A stretch of 63,933 bases of DNA, filler included, from Octopus bimaculoides (GCF_001194135.2; 5 parts of 5 records of this genome joined end to end with filler, not necessarily neighbours in it), one strand, 5' to 3'. Positions 35,529 to 50,435 are shown, counted from the whole stretch's first letter. Notes: generated from the sequence alone by a model not told the origin. Translations and numbers: made by a program.

Positions 35529-36319
35529 GGATGCGTGTAGGTTGTTCAGGAGGGTGTTAAATTCTTCCACAATGCTTTGAGGTTTGGTCCAGATTATGAA
35601 GCAATCGTCCAGGTATCTCTTCCATGCTTTTTCTATAAACTTCCTAAATTCGGTATTATATCTCTCCTCTATTTCCTGGTAGAGTTTTTGTTCCAAATAA
35701 CTCATCACCGAATTCGCATAAACGGGAGCAAACCCCGTCCCCATAGCCGTGCCTTTAATTTGGATATAGTTCTTACCATTGGAGAAGAAAGTATTATTTT
35801 CCAGGATAAGTCTCACTGATTCTAGTATAAATGTCACCGTGTACCTGTTGGGAATTGCTTCTCTGTGTTTGTTTACCCAGTATTCAACCGCCATTATTCC
35901 TAAATCATGTGGGATATTTGTGTATAGGCTTACTACATCAAAGCTCAGTAGGATTGAATTTGTTTCCGTGGTTTTGGGAAGATGGAATAAAAAGTCGATG
36001 TCATCCCGAATGAAACTGGGTATGTATGTACAAAGTGGCTTCAAAAGAATGTCGATGAAATTGCTTAGACGGTGAGTAGGGCATACTTGGCCAGCTATAA
36101 TTGGTCTAAGTTTTAAATCTTTTGGATGTAGCACTTTTATGTATTCACTTCCTTGTTCTTTTACTGCCTGTTGAATATCTTCTGACTTATGTATTTTGGG
36201 TAAGCCGTAAAAGTTACTGGGTGTTGGTTCGAAGTTGGTGATGTAGTCTCTTTCATTGTCAGTGAGTGAGTTGTAGTGTTTAGAAACTAGGTGGTTGATC
36301 TTCTTCATGATATGGTGGT
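35529..36319 (-). mobile_element. Penelope-like element reverse transcriptase, uninterrupted fragment of about 263 codons bounded by gaps
   Basis: Motifs FYGLPKIHK, LRPII, FDVVSLYTNIP, KGTAMG, RYLDDCFIIW, LNNLH; no stops or frameshifts. Confidence 0.95.
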
Positions 36320-39300
36320 NNNNNNNNNNNNNNNNNNNNNNNNNNNNNNNNNNNNNNNNNNNNNNNNNNNNNNNNNNNNNNNNNNNNNNNNNNNNNNNNN
36401 NNNNNNNNNNNNNNNNNNNNNNNNNNNNNNNNNNNNNNNNNNNNNNNNNNNNNNNNNNNNNNNNNNNNNNNNNNNNNNNNNNNNNNNNNNNNNNNNNNNN
36501 NNNNNNNNNNNNNNNNNNNNNNNNNNNNNNNNNNNNNNNNNNNNNNNNNNNNNNNNNNNNNNNNNNNNNNNNNNNNNNNNNNNNNNNNNNNNNNNNNNNN
36601 NNNNNNNNNNNNNNNNNNNNNNNNNNNNNNNNNNNNNNNNNNNNNNNNNNNNNNNNNNNNNNNNNNNNNNNNNNNNNNNNNNNNNNNNNNNNNNNNNNNN
36701 NNNNNNNNNNNNNNNNNNNNNNNNNNNNNNNNNNNNNNNNNNNNNNNNNNNNNNNNNNNNATATATATATATATATATAATAGGCATCATCCTCTCATTA
36801 TTTCCCTAATCTGTTTCGCTCATGATTTGCTTTCTAGTTCTCTTACGTCTTTCATTTCTTGTTTTGTCCTCCTTCTGCTCTTTCTCTGTCTCTCTTTTTT
36901 CTCTGTCTCTCTCCCTCTCTTATTATTGTCAGATATATATACATACGTGCTCAAGTAGGCATACATATGCACGATCATATAGTCGCACCTACACACGAAC
37001 ACAGACGCGCACATACACAATGAAATAAACCATCAGGATACAACTGCTATACCCACCAGGTTTAACTCATTGAATGCAATTCAGTTTGCACAAACTGCAG
37101 TAATTAGCTACCAGCGAGGCTTCACATTATTGCATTATGAATAATCACTGCTCTCGTCAGTCAAATTGCTAATAAGTATCTTTCTCCAATGGCACTTCAT
37201 GCCAACTGCCTCACGCGTTTTCTGCACCACCTTCAGGACTGGCGATTACTTGTCAAGTTCCTGCAATTTTCACACTATCTTGCAAAGCCACCACCATAAC
37301 TACTACCATGTTACATTTACATCATCAATATTTCTATCCACGCTAGTATAGCATGGATATGGAAGCGTTCGATATTTCCATTCGTATATTAAAAACATTC
37401 TATTCGATTTCTATACTGATATCACATTCTAGAATCCCAGTTACCTATTCTTCTCTCATGATTCAAAATTCCCAATACACCATGCAAATCAACACCTTAC
37501 AAATATTTCTACCATTGCTATTTCTGTCGTACATATGCTAATTTTCACCTGCATCTTTTGTAGATGTCTTTACCATCACAGTAGTACAGCGATCTATTAT
37601 ATATATTTTCGACATATAACAACCGCGTTACATTTTGCCACTCTACCTACAAGGGACCGTGTACCGATCAGAGCTAACAGCACGAAAAATATAAAACCAA
37701 ATACTTAACACTAAAACTCGATGCTTCTCCCGACTACAAATAATTTATTCAACAGTTGCTCAATAATAATATGAAATGAAATCAATCAAATGCATTTACA
37801 CGCGTTGATGACGTCATCGAAGAGATCTAGAAATGTTTAAATGGTTGCCTTGTGACATCCGTCACCAATTTGCACATAACAAGGGAGACAATTTTTAAGG
37901 ATAGGTGAAAAATCACAGCTAATTATTAATTTAGAAATTTAAACCTCGTGCTTAAGAGAAAATCTGATCTTTGTTAGAGAAGATGGTGGTACCAATAACT
38001 ATATTTCAATATTGTTGTAGTTGTAATCACAAGAATATATTTGATCAAAAGAACTTATTTGATCAAGAAACATATTTTTTTTCCATTTCTTGCATGTTCT
38101 CTGATCATTTTGACCACGCAAATTTAGCATGATAAACACGTGTAGCGAAATGATTTAACCGCAATAATCTAATCCTAATAAAATAACATTTGATTACAAT
38201 AAATGACATATTCAAAAACTTAATGGTGCAACAACTTCCTTTGACCAATAGCAAATATGAAAAGAAAACCATTGCCATATTCATACAGTTTTCGTAGAAA
38301 ACCTGGGAGAAGCCTTCAGTAGATTTACTTCTCTTTTACAAAACACAAATTATCAAACTTTGCTGTTAACCTAAACTGCATTAACGGGACGGACTTCTTT
38401 CTATCTTGTCAGACTCCATTTCATATATTATAAGCTGTTGACATTACAACTCACAAGAAAGCTAACTGATATTCATAGAAACATAATCAGTAACATTCGC
38501 AAAATAATTATTAAGATATAAAAGAAAACAGTGGCATACTTGCTGTGATAGAATATCAAATATCATGCTTCGATATAAAAGAGAATGCAGCAGTCACCTG
38601 TCTACCAGAGGCAAAAATGATTAGAATGAAGAATCGTTTCGCCTTTGTTGTTTATTTCTTTGAAAACGAATGTCAATATGGCTACATGACCTTTAAGGTA
38701 TATTCAGGTATTTGGAATCTCAAGCAAATTTCTTATGGAAGAAGAGTATTAGACGTTTGAAGTAGAAACCCATCATTTAACAGTAAACAAGAGTTTCTAA
38801 TCTATAGAATCATTCTATTCGAATCTTGAATGATTTCATGTAACCAACGCTAAATGACGTCATATTTTGTAGTTTGTATTTTGAGGGGAGTTGCCAGTAG
38901 TGCGAACTAGACGTATCCTTATGGCGTGGACATTGAGGATTTCTTTCCAGTTGCGTGCCCCAAAAGTAACATACAGTCGTTCGATATTTCTTTTCACAAA
39001 AGTAAGTTTCATGTCTTCAGAGGGTCATTACGGCAATAGTAATAAGCAAACTGGCGTAACGACCCACCGGAGAAACAACAAAATTTGTTTCAGCATGCGA
39101 ATACACACCAAGGACCTTTCAAACGAAATGCAAAATATTAAACTGGAGTTTATCTCTTTGAAACGTTCACACAGACTTGTTGGGTTTATTTACTATAGAG
39201 GCATGTATAAGCGTTTTTCTGTGCGGTGTATAAGTGTATGCATTTGCTACTTTGTTGTACGCTCGTATGCCGGAGTGTGTCCATGCATTTATATATGTGT

Positions 39301-39433
39301 TATGTCTCTCACTAATATCATTGTGTCATTACATCAAGTAGACTATGTGATTCGTGTTATACACCGCTAATCACAATGTTCTAACTTTTTGTATGAGGCT
39401 GCACTGCTAGCTAGACGTGCAGTCCCGCTCCTC

Positions 39434-39477
<44 letters not shown>

Positions 39478-42121
39478 NNNNNNNNNNNNNNNNNNNNNNN
39501 NNNNNNNNNNNNNNNNNNNNNNNNNNNNNNNNNNNNNNNNNNNNNNNNNNNNNNNNNNNNNNNNNNNNNNNNNNNNNNNNNNNNNNNNNNNNNNNNNNNN
39601 NNNNNNNNNNNNNNNNNNNNNNNNNNNNNNNNNNNNNNNNNNNNNNNNNNNNNNNNTGTGTGTGTGTGTGTGTGTGTGTGTTTGTGTGCGTGTGTGTGTG
39701 TGTGCGTGTGATTTATTAATATCTAGCACAAGTAACAGAGTAACTCAATGTCCGAGAGCTTGTTGATGTTGGCACGAGTCTACACAGCAAACATACTTTT
39801 AAACGTATGTGTGTGTGCGTGCACGTGTTCATGCATGTGTGCGTGCGCATTTGTGTGTGTGTGTATGGTACTATTCAAAGCAAGAGGAGAACAAAACCAA
39901 AGCAGGATAAGCTTATCAGATCATCTAAATTATTTTATTCATTAAAATTGTCACTCGAACTAAGCAAAAGTATACAATGGTATTTTACAGCTGTTTCTGC
40001 GGTGTCCCAGATAATGGATCAATGTGAATGGAAACGTGGATCAACGCATTGATCCATTATATGGGTTATCTCAGAGACAGCAGTAAGACATTGTTATTCA
40101 TTTTTGCATACTTCGATTGACAATTATAATAATTTAAATAATTTAAATAATCTGACAGGTTGTCCTGACTTCTTTTCCTCTTCCTTTAATTCATATCGGG
40201 TTACTCGGAAGCAGGCAACGGATCCCAAGCTTCAGCCCCCGTTTTGAACTTCAATTTCGGTGGAATGTCAATTGAGCAAAAAAAAAAAAAAAAAAAAAAA
40301 AGAAAGACGGTTTATTAAAATCTTCAAATATGTTCTGAACGGAAATAAGAACAATGATGTAACAACCAGATTATGATGTGGATTAAAAAATATCTTTAAC
40401 ATATGAATATGCACAAATTACAGAAGACTCTCACCAATTGAAATAAAAACGAGCGAAACCAACAAAGTTTGCTCCCTCATAAAACCATTACATGTAAACC
40501 GCAAGCTAACTGGTTAAAATAAAGGCGGGATCTATGCTAGTAATACCAGTACACCAGGCAAATTATCACGTTCAAGCTCTATGCGGATTGGTCAAATCCG
40601 TATTCTAAGTATTCAGTTTCTAAGAGGTACTACAATTGTCAAGAACTCAAATGTCAGTTAAATACATTTTGAAATCTGATGATTACTACGAACGTATGGA
40701 GAGATACAATAATCCAAGAGAATGTGTTAGTCATGGCGAGAGGATTTTGATCATAATCACTTCTCATAAATCTAGTCAAAGGCTTAACAAATGATCAGCA
40801 AAAATGAACTTTAGAGCAACCTACAACTAAATTAGTGAATAACGTATAGCGTTATTCCAGTAAGGAAACTTAGTGGACTACAAATATGATTTTAAGGATA
40901 TATCTGTAATCTATTAATATAAGTGTGTGACACGTGTCACTCACCTGGGACGTATCGTGCTATCATATAAGTTTACATATTCGGAAACGCTATAGTATAA
41001 GTCATCAAAATATGATTGGATGCAAAAAGCATTAACAAACGATGGTTCAGTTATCCATTCAATATTCATGAAATAAAAAAATAGCCCTTCATAACATGTT
41101 AAACGACGTGATATTTGTGTGTGTGTGTGTGTGTGTGGAGTATACATTGCGTTAATTGAAAAGAAAAGAACGCGATTAATGCGAACACTCATCGATTTAC
41201 CGTAGGAAATTTGCAAAACTCTGAATAGCAAATTCAACTGGATTTGAAAATGAGTAAAAAATTATATATANNNNNNNNNNNNNNNNNNNNNNNNNNNNNN
41301 NNNNNNNNNNNNNNNNNNNNNNNNNNNNNNNNNNNNNNNNNNNNNNNNNNNNNNNNNNNNNNNNNNNNNNNNNNNNNNNNNNNNNNNNNNNNNNNNNNNN
41401 NNNNNNNNNNNNNNNNNNNNNNNNNNNNNNNNNNNNNNNNNNNNNNNNNNNNNNNNNNNNNNNNNNNNNNNNNNNNNNNNNNNNNNNNNNNNNNNNNNNN
41501 NNNNNNNNNNNNNNNNNNNNNNNNNNNNNNNNNNNNNNNNNNNNNNNNNNNNNNNNNNNNNNNNNNNNNNNNNNNNNNNNNNNNNNNNNNNNNNNNNNNN
41601 NNNNNNNNNNNNNNNNNNNNNNNNNNNNNNNNNNNNNNNNNNNNNNNNNNNNNNNNNNNNNNNNNNNNNNNNNNNNNNNNNNNNNNNNNNNNNNNNNNNN
41701 NNNNNNNNNNNNNNNNNNNNNNNNNNNNNNNNNNNNNNNNNNNNNNNNNNNNNNNNNNNNNNNNNNNNNNNNNNNNNNNNNNNNNNNNNNNNNNNNNNNN
41801 NNNNNNNNNNNNNNNNNNNNNNNNNNNNNNNNNNNNNNNNNNNNNNNNNNNNNNNNNNNNNNNNNNNNNNNNNNNNNNNNNNNNNNNNNNNNNNNNNNNN
41901 NNNNNNNNNNNNNNNNNNNNNNNNNNNNNNNNNNNNNNNNNNNNNNNNNNNNNNNNNNNNNNNNNNNNNNNNNNNNNNNNNNNNNNNNNNNNNNNNNNNN
42001 NNNNNNNNNNNNNNNNNNNNNNNNNNNNNNNNNNNNNNNNNNNNNNNNNNNNNNNNNNNNNNNNNNNNNNNNNNNNNNNNNNNNNNNNNNNNNNNNNNNN
42101 NNNNNNNNNNNNNNNNNNNNN

Positions 42122-42197
<76 letters not shown>

Positions 42198-42208
42198 TGA
42201 TGATGATG

Positions 42209-42263
<55 letters not shown>

Positions 42264-42899
42264 TAATAATAAACACGCTCTCTCCACTCCTGTGTTGCCT
42301 GGCACTCACACTTTTAACAACACGCTCTCTGCACTCCTGTTTTTTTTTTGTTCTTTTCCTGGGTATCTCGTATGCTATTCAATGAATGTGACATCGAAAT
42401 CACGCGTAAACGGCTACTTTCCCCAGAATAGTTAAGATTTGGTTGTTATTTCTCGCACTCCCTGCTACCACGTAACAGAAATTTCGGGTCCTTTATCGCA
42501 AGCAGCTATTAGTGGTCGTAGAGTGTGCTAAAAATAGCAGCAAAAATCTTTGGAGGTGTTATATGTTGAATGCACTCGAAAAATAACCTATGGAAACTCT
42601 TTAACACTGGTGTTACAAACGAGTCTTTTACGAAATATTTACCGTATTTTTAAAATCATGTTCACTTCAGAATATCTTTTAAAGATGCCAAAACGAATTT
42701 TTTAATGATATTCACTTGAAAATTAATTAAAAATCATAGTAATATTGTCTGTTTTAAGAAAGCTAAAATGTAAATACTTGCTCTACAAGCAACTTACATT
42801 TTTGAAATCACATTCACTTAAGAATATTTCTAAATGATTAAAATGTGTTTAAGAAAAGCGAAAATAGAAATATTTACTGTAAAAAAAATCGTGAAGCTT

Positions 42900-43698
42900 G
42901 GATTTGGTCATCCAACCAGTCATCGACACCTGCGTGCCCTCTGAAAAGTCAGAAAATTGCGTCAATGGCTTCCTCCCAAACATTGCGGGTCGAATCACGC
43001 GCAGAGAGTGTATGTGTGCTCTTCTTTGCTGTCACGTCTTTTGAATCGAAGAGTGACTGGAGACGACAAATGGGTTCTCTATAAAAATGTCAATCGTCGA
43101 AGATATTGGATAGGGAAAGAAGAAATACTGGCACCGCAGGCTAAAGAAGTTCCTAACCCATGTAAGGTGTTGTTATCTGTTTGGGGGGATATGAAAGGTT
43201 TAGTCCACTTTGAACTTTTAAACCCCAACCAAACAACATAGGAGGTCTACTGCTAGTGGCCTGAGCGGCTTATGTCAGCGTTAGAATAAAAATGACCATC
43301 TTTGGTTTCAAGAAGAAAGGTGCTCTTCCATCAGGATAATGCTCGGTCACATACAGTGAGGATGACATTCGAAAGGCTGGAGCAATCTGAATGGGAAACG
43401 ATGCCCCAACCACCATATTCACCAGACATTGCTCCATCTGATTATCATTTATTCCACAGTCTTGAAAATCATTTGGACGGGAAAAATATGTAGACGAGGC
43501 CAGAGCAGTACTGGAGGAGTATTTTCTGTCACAGACGTGAATTTCGGAAGAGGGGCCTTGTAAATCTACCAGATAGATGGAAGAACAGTCTGGAAAGATG
43601 AAGGAGGGTATATTTGAGATTAATAAAGAACTTTGTTTATCTTAATTTTGAAAAAAAAAAAAAAGAAAGAACCGCATTATTTATGGAATGACACGATA
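42900..43698 (+). mobile_element. Decayed mariner transposase with right TIR
   Basis: Frameshifted motifs GDDKWVLY, KVLLSVWGD, HQDNARSH, PPYSPDIAPSDYHLF; terminal ACCGCATTATTTATGGAATGACACGATA. Confidence 0.88.
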
Positions 43699-44865
43699 TG
43701 TACACATAAATTTGCACCAGCATGACCGCAGCCACTTGGCTGAAACACATAAATAAATAAATAAAAATACATACAAACATACACACATACATTCATACAT
43801 AATACATACATACACATATACATATATGCCTGTAGATATATTTTTATGCAGCAGATAAATAAACGCATATATAATGATGGCGTGTCAGTTAGTATAATAT
43901 CGTAATGCCATTCAATATATATTCACTGGAGTGTTATACAAGTCGAGTTCCGTGTAGCCTTTGGTTGCCTTTCTTTCCTATATACGCTGATGATGATATG
44001 TGCGTCTTGTTCTTACATTTGTTAGTGTTCTCGTTGTTTGGTGGTGGTGGTGTTACTTTCTTGTTTCTTTCAACTATCTGCACATATTATAAATGCAAAC
44101 TAGCAGATAATGTTTACTTTTCGCAATTTTTGTCTGTATTTTTGGTTTGGCAATCGAGAAATGTTTAAACTGTCATCTCATATTATGTGCTTTGGCTCGT
44201 TTTAACGTTTTTATGTTATCTATTTTTCACATTTACCTATATCTTTCTTCAAGTTTTACTTTTTCAATATTCTTTTCTTCTCTTTTCTTCATCTTGCTGT
44301 TAAATCTTGAAGACAGTTCATCGAGTGAAATATTGTTCCCATGAACGATTGTAAACAGCATTCTCAAAAGATTTGCAACTTACGTTTCCCTTTCAAAGTT
44401 ATATCGCGACATTAAACGTTATTTTTTTCTAGGTATCTATTGACTTTGGGATATTACTGGTATGATATTCGGGAAATCTAAAGTGTCAGTTGCATAAATT
44501 TGCACGGCTTTCGATTTATGTTTAACTGCATTTAATTAGCAAAGCGCGCAGCTTTTTCCAGTTAACCTTTGGTTCCACAAGTGAGGCTTAATCGAGACGA
44601 GTTTTAAACAGCAACGTCTGCTGCTATGAATATGACTTATATATACTGAACATCTTTTTCTGCCAGTGTATCTCGAAGTATATTTCTATTTGTGTATATA
44701 TTTTGAGAGCAGCTTAATATCTGTAATATTTTACTTTTATCAGCCAATGCCTTGCAAAGGTATTCTGTCTACCACATATTCAACTGGACACTTTTGAAAA
44801 TTGCTAAGATACGCGGACACCAGTCCTCGAATGGTGGTGCGGGACAAAAAATACAAAGACTACAT

Positions 44866-44898
<33 letters not shown>

Positions 44899-45671
44899 GC
44901 TCCCCCATACACACACACACGTTCACACATACACACAGACACACACAGACACATACATACACATAGATACATACATAAATACATGTGTGCGTGCGTGTGC
45001 GTTTACATATGCATGACACGATTTTCTTTCCGTATCCACCTCACAAAGCTACAGTCCCGGTGCCAAGCAATGCTATTGAACCCGGAATCATGTGGTTGGG
45101 AAGGAAACGTCTTACCAGACATCCACTTCTGCACCTACACGTGTGTATACATACACATACATACGTACATACATACATATATTATATACGTAAACACATT
45201 TGTGTGTGTGTATGCATACGTGTATATGCATGTATGTGTGTAGGTAAATTTATCCATTTATTTGTTTGTGTATATACACGTATACTTATTTCACCCTTGC
45301 TCATTTATTTTATTACTCTTGTTGTCTGGTTCATATATATATATATATANNNNNNNNNNNNNNNNNNNNNNNNNNNNNNNNNNNNNNNNNNNNNNNNNNN
45401 NNNNNNNNNNNNNNNNNNNNNNNNNNNNNNNNNNNNNNNNNNNNNNNNNNNNNNNNNNNNNNNNNNNNNNNNNNNNNNNNNNNNNNNNNNNNNNNNNNNN
45501 NNNNNNNNNNNNNNNNNNNNNNNNNNNNNNNNNNNNNNNNNNNNNNNNNNNNNNNNNNNNNNNNNNNNNNNNNNNNNNNNNNNNNNNNNNNNNNNNNNNN
45601 NNNNNNNNNNNNNNNNNNNNNNNNNNNNNNNNNNNNNNNNNNNNNNNNNNNNNNNNNNNNNNNGTATTATA

Positions 45672-45708
<37 letters not shown>

Positions 45709-46119
45709 GCAGCTATGGTGGAGCAGCGCCTTGGAAGGCTTTTTCTCTTTTTCAGTCGAATATATAAACCCTGTCATCGCTATTGCAATCAACGTTAATT
45801 ATATTTATAATCCTTAGTTCCATCCTTTCTCCTTTGAATGAGAGCAAACTATATCGTGCCTTCCCCTACGACTTCTTTCTTCTTTATTCTCTCTTCTCTC
45901 TTTCTTCCCTCTATAACGAGTTCATTGATACAAACTTAGTAATAACTTCCGCTATTCCCCACCATCCCCAGCCGTAACACTATGGTCTACTTTTGAGAAG
46001 TTCTGATTATTGAATTTTTTTCTTTATTCACCTGAAGAAAACATTTCTTTTGCTTGATGCAACCTTTTTGTGCATCAATAAAGAACAGGTCTGAAACAGC
46101 TGTAGCGAACTGCAACTCA

Positions 46120-46335
46120 TCTATATATATATATGCTTTCGGCTGTTTCAGTCACTTGGCTCTGGCCATGCTGAAGCACTGCCATGTAAGATTTTTTTTC
46201 TGAGTCGAATAAATCAATTCTAGGACTCATTTCTTGAACCTAGTACTATTCTCTTTTGCCGAATCGCAATGTTACGTGTCTGTAAAAACATCCAAACCGG
46301 TTATCAAGCGGTAATGGGGAGAACTAACACAGACA
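46120..46335 (-). mobile_element. SINE family B, 3' part, diverged
   Basis: Reverse complement of the family B tail (CAGTGCTTCAGCATGGCCAGAGCCAAGTGACTGAAACAG). Confidence 0.7.
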
Positions 46336-47759
46336 CAAATATACACACAAATATACACACAAATATACATACATGCACACTTCCATACACGCGCGCGCGC
46401 ACTCATACATATATTCTTATTTTCAAATGATTTAATGTGGTTTGGAGAAGTTCGGTTGCTGTTTCTTGCATAAATGAACGTCCTACGTCTATTAGTCATA
46501 GCTGCAGAATATATCTATTTGGTTGAATTGTCGACCAAACTATATTTGCCAGGCCTATTCTCAAACAAGACATAAGATCTGATCACAAAATGCAAACAAA
46601 CCTATATATATATATATATATATATGCAGAAATTTGTACGTATAAAATACTGCAATATATACTTATATATTTACGATTTAAGGCAGTATCTTCGTTATAA
46701 TTACTAACAGGATAAAGATCTACTTTCATACACTCTCCGTAGATTGTGGCATAGCTAGCATGTGCTGTTATGTAGCAACAAGTGAAATCCTACTGACGCC
46801 AATTGTTACCAAATACATAATACTGGAGGCTATTCTATATATTTGCATAACCAAAACTGAATTAATCAAGGTTTCTTTCCTTTTTTTAAATAAGACACTA
46901 ATGGATGTACAAATTGGTAATGATATGGCTGCTAATAATTCCAGGTGCAGAAACTTCATACGTGCTCATTAGTATTTTGCATATTAGGATGTCGTTAAGT
47001 AGTTTTCACATCCATAATGACAATATAGCGTATGAGAGATAAGTCTAGATGTGACACATTATTAAAATGTTATTACTACACAAGGAGACAGAGTTTAGGA
47101 TATTTCAGAAAATTGCGGTAGTTGTGATGATGTTTGTAATAAGAGAAAGCAACGAAGACGTTGGTATTTGCAGACGAATTGTTATCATGTAATTAACCAT
47201 ATTTTCAAATCAAAATTTAATTAAAATTCAAATCACATATTTTCACATATCAGAATTTATGGAACATGACATGGTTTTCAAATAATTGCATTCTTGCGAA
47301 ATTTTTTCTAGGTTCATATTTCTCAATATTATATTAATAAATATTTATACACATTTCTAAACACGTATATATACTGAGCATCTCTTTCTCACTCTCTCTC
47401 TCTTCCTACACACACATANNNNNNNNNNNNNNNNNNNNNNNNNNNNNNNNNNNNNNNNNNNNNNNNNNNNNNNNNNNNNNNNNNNNNNNNNNNNNNNNNN
47501 NNNNNNNNNNNNNNNNNNNNNNNNNNNNNNNNNNNNNNNNNNNNNNNNNNNNNNNNNNNNNNNNNNNNNNNNNNNNNNNNNNNNNNNNNNNNNNNNNNNN
47601 NNNNNNNNNNNNNNNNNNNNNNNNNNNNNNNNNNNNNNNNNNNNNNNNNNNNNNNNNNNNNNNNNNNNNNNNNNNNNNNNNNNNNNNNNNNNNNNNNNNN
47701 NNNNNNNNNNNNNNNNNNNNNNNNNNNNNNNNNNNNNNNNNNNNNNNNNNNNNNNNNNN

Positions 47760-47815
<56 letters not shown>

Positions 47816-48596
47816 TATGCATACATATATATATATGTATGTATATATCTATGAATAACTAGGTATATATTTTTATACATACATACATGCTATATATGTG
47901 TGTGTTTGTATATTCAGGCTGTTTATATAGTGTTATTGATAATGTATGCTGTTTCTAATTCTTTATCAATTTCCATTCATTTACGTTAATAATGTCCGCA
48001 TTTCTTTCTCTCTATTTTCCTTATCTCCCACTACCCATCTCCTCTGTTTCCGTCAATATTTTCCTTTCCCCCATCTATGTTGTTTTGCCAAGCAACTATT
48101 TCGCATATTCTTTCTACTCTACCTGATTTGACTGTGATTTCATAAGCATGAGGATGAACATAACTTCTCATGAAACATTAACCAAATTTGGCTTCTGCTT
48201 GTCAAACATTATAAAATGGAAAAGTGCAGACCGTACAAATAAAGTTCTCTATCAGCACATCATTCCAAAGCCATTTTTGTAAATCTGAATTTAAGTTTCA
48301 ATTTGGTCAAGGAATGCGGATCCATAAGAACCAATGAAATATGTTGTTGGCAGAAGGAAATACACATTTTGCTGTTTTTATGAACCAATGCAATCTCCAT
48401 TTATTCTCAATTTCCGATCTCATGAAATTCAAAATTAAAGAATCATTATAATAATCAAATGCTCTAAAACAAAGTCGGAAGAATCTGAAACAATAATCGT
48501 TGCTACTAGAAATTTGATGTCAATTATAAGTTATACGTCATCGACAAGTTACAGCCTTTGTATTACACACACACACACACGCAGACAGACACACAC

Positions 48597-48645
<49 letters not shown>

Positions 48646-48745
48646 NNNNNNNNNNNNNNNNNNNNNNNNNNNNNNNNNNNNNNNNNNNNTTAATTAATTA
48701 ANNNNNNNNNNNNNNNNNNNNNNNNNNNNNNNNNNNNNNNNNNNN

Positions 48746-48781
<36 letters not shown>

Positions 48782-49261
48782 AGGCATATGTATATATGTG
48801 TGTGCACGTGCGAGCATGCGTTCGTGTGTGTGTATGTGTGTGCGTGCGAGTGTGTGTGTGTGCGTAAGAGAGTGAGTGAGTGCACAGGTATCTACTCCTG
48901 ATTATACGCAAATATGGCGAAATTACGTAGTAACGTTATGTGTAACTGTATCTGCCTTCTATTGTGTCTGGGGAGGGAGAGTCGTTCTCTTTTAGTGCCT
49001 TTGTCGTTGAGAGTCAACAACTATTGAAAAGGTTGCAAGACACAACGAACATTTTAGACAAATAAATAAGTAAATGAGTGGAAATTTTACCGGTGCGTGT
49101 GTTAAATTAAAAGGTACTAAAAAAGAATGTCTCTCCCTAGACACAACAGAATATGCTTCAACACACGAACTCACATAAAGAATCTTGCAAACCAAATCCA
49201 AAAACGAAATATATCTGCCTTGTAATGTAAATATATGAACGTATGTAAGAATCTACGTATA

Positions 49262-49498
49262 TAGTACTCCCTTGACTATCGCGGGTGTTACATTCCAAAT
49301 CTCCCACAGAAAGAATTAAAATCTAAAAGAATATTAATGCCTATTAGCCGCGGTAACCCGCAGTATAATGAGCAGTCCGCGATATGAATTTACATATATT
49401 AGCCAGAAAAATCCGCGATGTACTGAATACGCGATAGGTGAACAGCGATGTACTGAGTGCGAGATAAGTAAACAGCGATATGGCGAGGGATTATTGTA
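49262..49498. mobile_element. Tigger/pogo-like MITE
   Basis: Ends TAGTACTCCCTTGACTATCGCG / GCGATATGGCGAGGGATTATTG with flanking TA; related to 12219-12682. Confidence 0.7.
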
Positions 49499-50310
49499 TA
49501 TATATATAAAGGAATCAAAGGTAATGCTATGCTACTTCGTAATAATCCTTATCATTATTATTATTAATATGTGTGTGTGTGTGTNNNNNNNNNNNNNNNN
49601 NNNNNNNNNNNNNNNNNNNNNNNNNNNNNNNNNNNNNNNNNNNNNNNNNNNNNNNNNNNNNNNNNNNNNNNNNNNNNNNNNNNNNNNNNNNNNNNNNNNN
49701 NNNNNNNNNNNNNNNNNNNNNNNNNNNNNNNNNNNNNNNNNNNNNNNNNNNNNNNNNNNNNNNNNNNNNNNNNNNNNNNNNNNNNNNNNNNNNNNNNNNN
49801 NNNNNNNNNNNNNNNNNNNNNNNNNNNNNNNNNNNNNNNNNNNNNNNNNNNNNNNNNNNNNNNNNNNNNNNNNNNNNNNNNNNNNNNNNNNNNNNNNNNN
49901 NNNNNNNNNNNNNNNNNNNNNNNNNNNNNNNNNNNNNNNNNNNNNNNNNNNNNNNNNNNNNNNNNNNNNNNNNNNNNNNNNNNNNNNNNNNNNNNNNNNN
50001 NNNNNNNNNNNNNNNNNNNNNNNNNNNNNNNNNNNNNNNNNNNNNNNNNNNNNNNNNNNNNNNNNNNNNNNNNNNNNNNNNNNNNNNNNNNNNNNNNNNN
50101 NNNNNNNNNNNNNNNNNNNNNNNNNNNNNNNNNNNNNNNNNNNNNNNNNNNNNNNNNNNNNNNNNNNNNNNNNNNNNNNNNNNNNNNNNNNNNNNNNNNN
50201 NNNNNNNNNNNNNNNNNNTAAGGGACACTAGCAGGACGGGTCGAAACGATCGTCGTACAAAATAAAGATGAATACCAAATCCATCTTCTCACTACTTAAG
50301 AAATCATTAG

Positions 50311-50355
<45 letters not shown>

Positions 50356-50435
50356 TGTGTGTGTCTGTGTGTGTCTGTGTGTGTTTATCCAAATTGAGGG
50401 AGTGAAGCAGGTAAATTTCAGGCCTGAATTTTACC

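Noticed and set aside
37548-37592. 45-bp phase 1-1 micro-exon candidate (RCTTVMVKTSTKDA)
   Set aside because: Weak splice sites; expected by chance.
38891-39370. 159-aa plus-strand ORF and a strong donor (AAA|gtaagt at 39001)
   Set aside because: No ATG start, no recognisable domain, no polypyrimidine acceptor; alternative frames on both strands are equally uninformative.
46900-46959. Minus-strand MKFLHLELLAAISLPICTSI as the missing signal-peptide exon
   Set aside because: Acidic residue in the hydrophobic core, only a weak donor (A|gtgtct), and 38 kb from module 1; cannot be supported.
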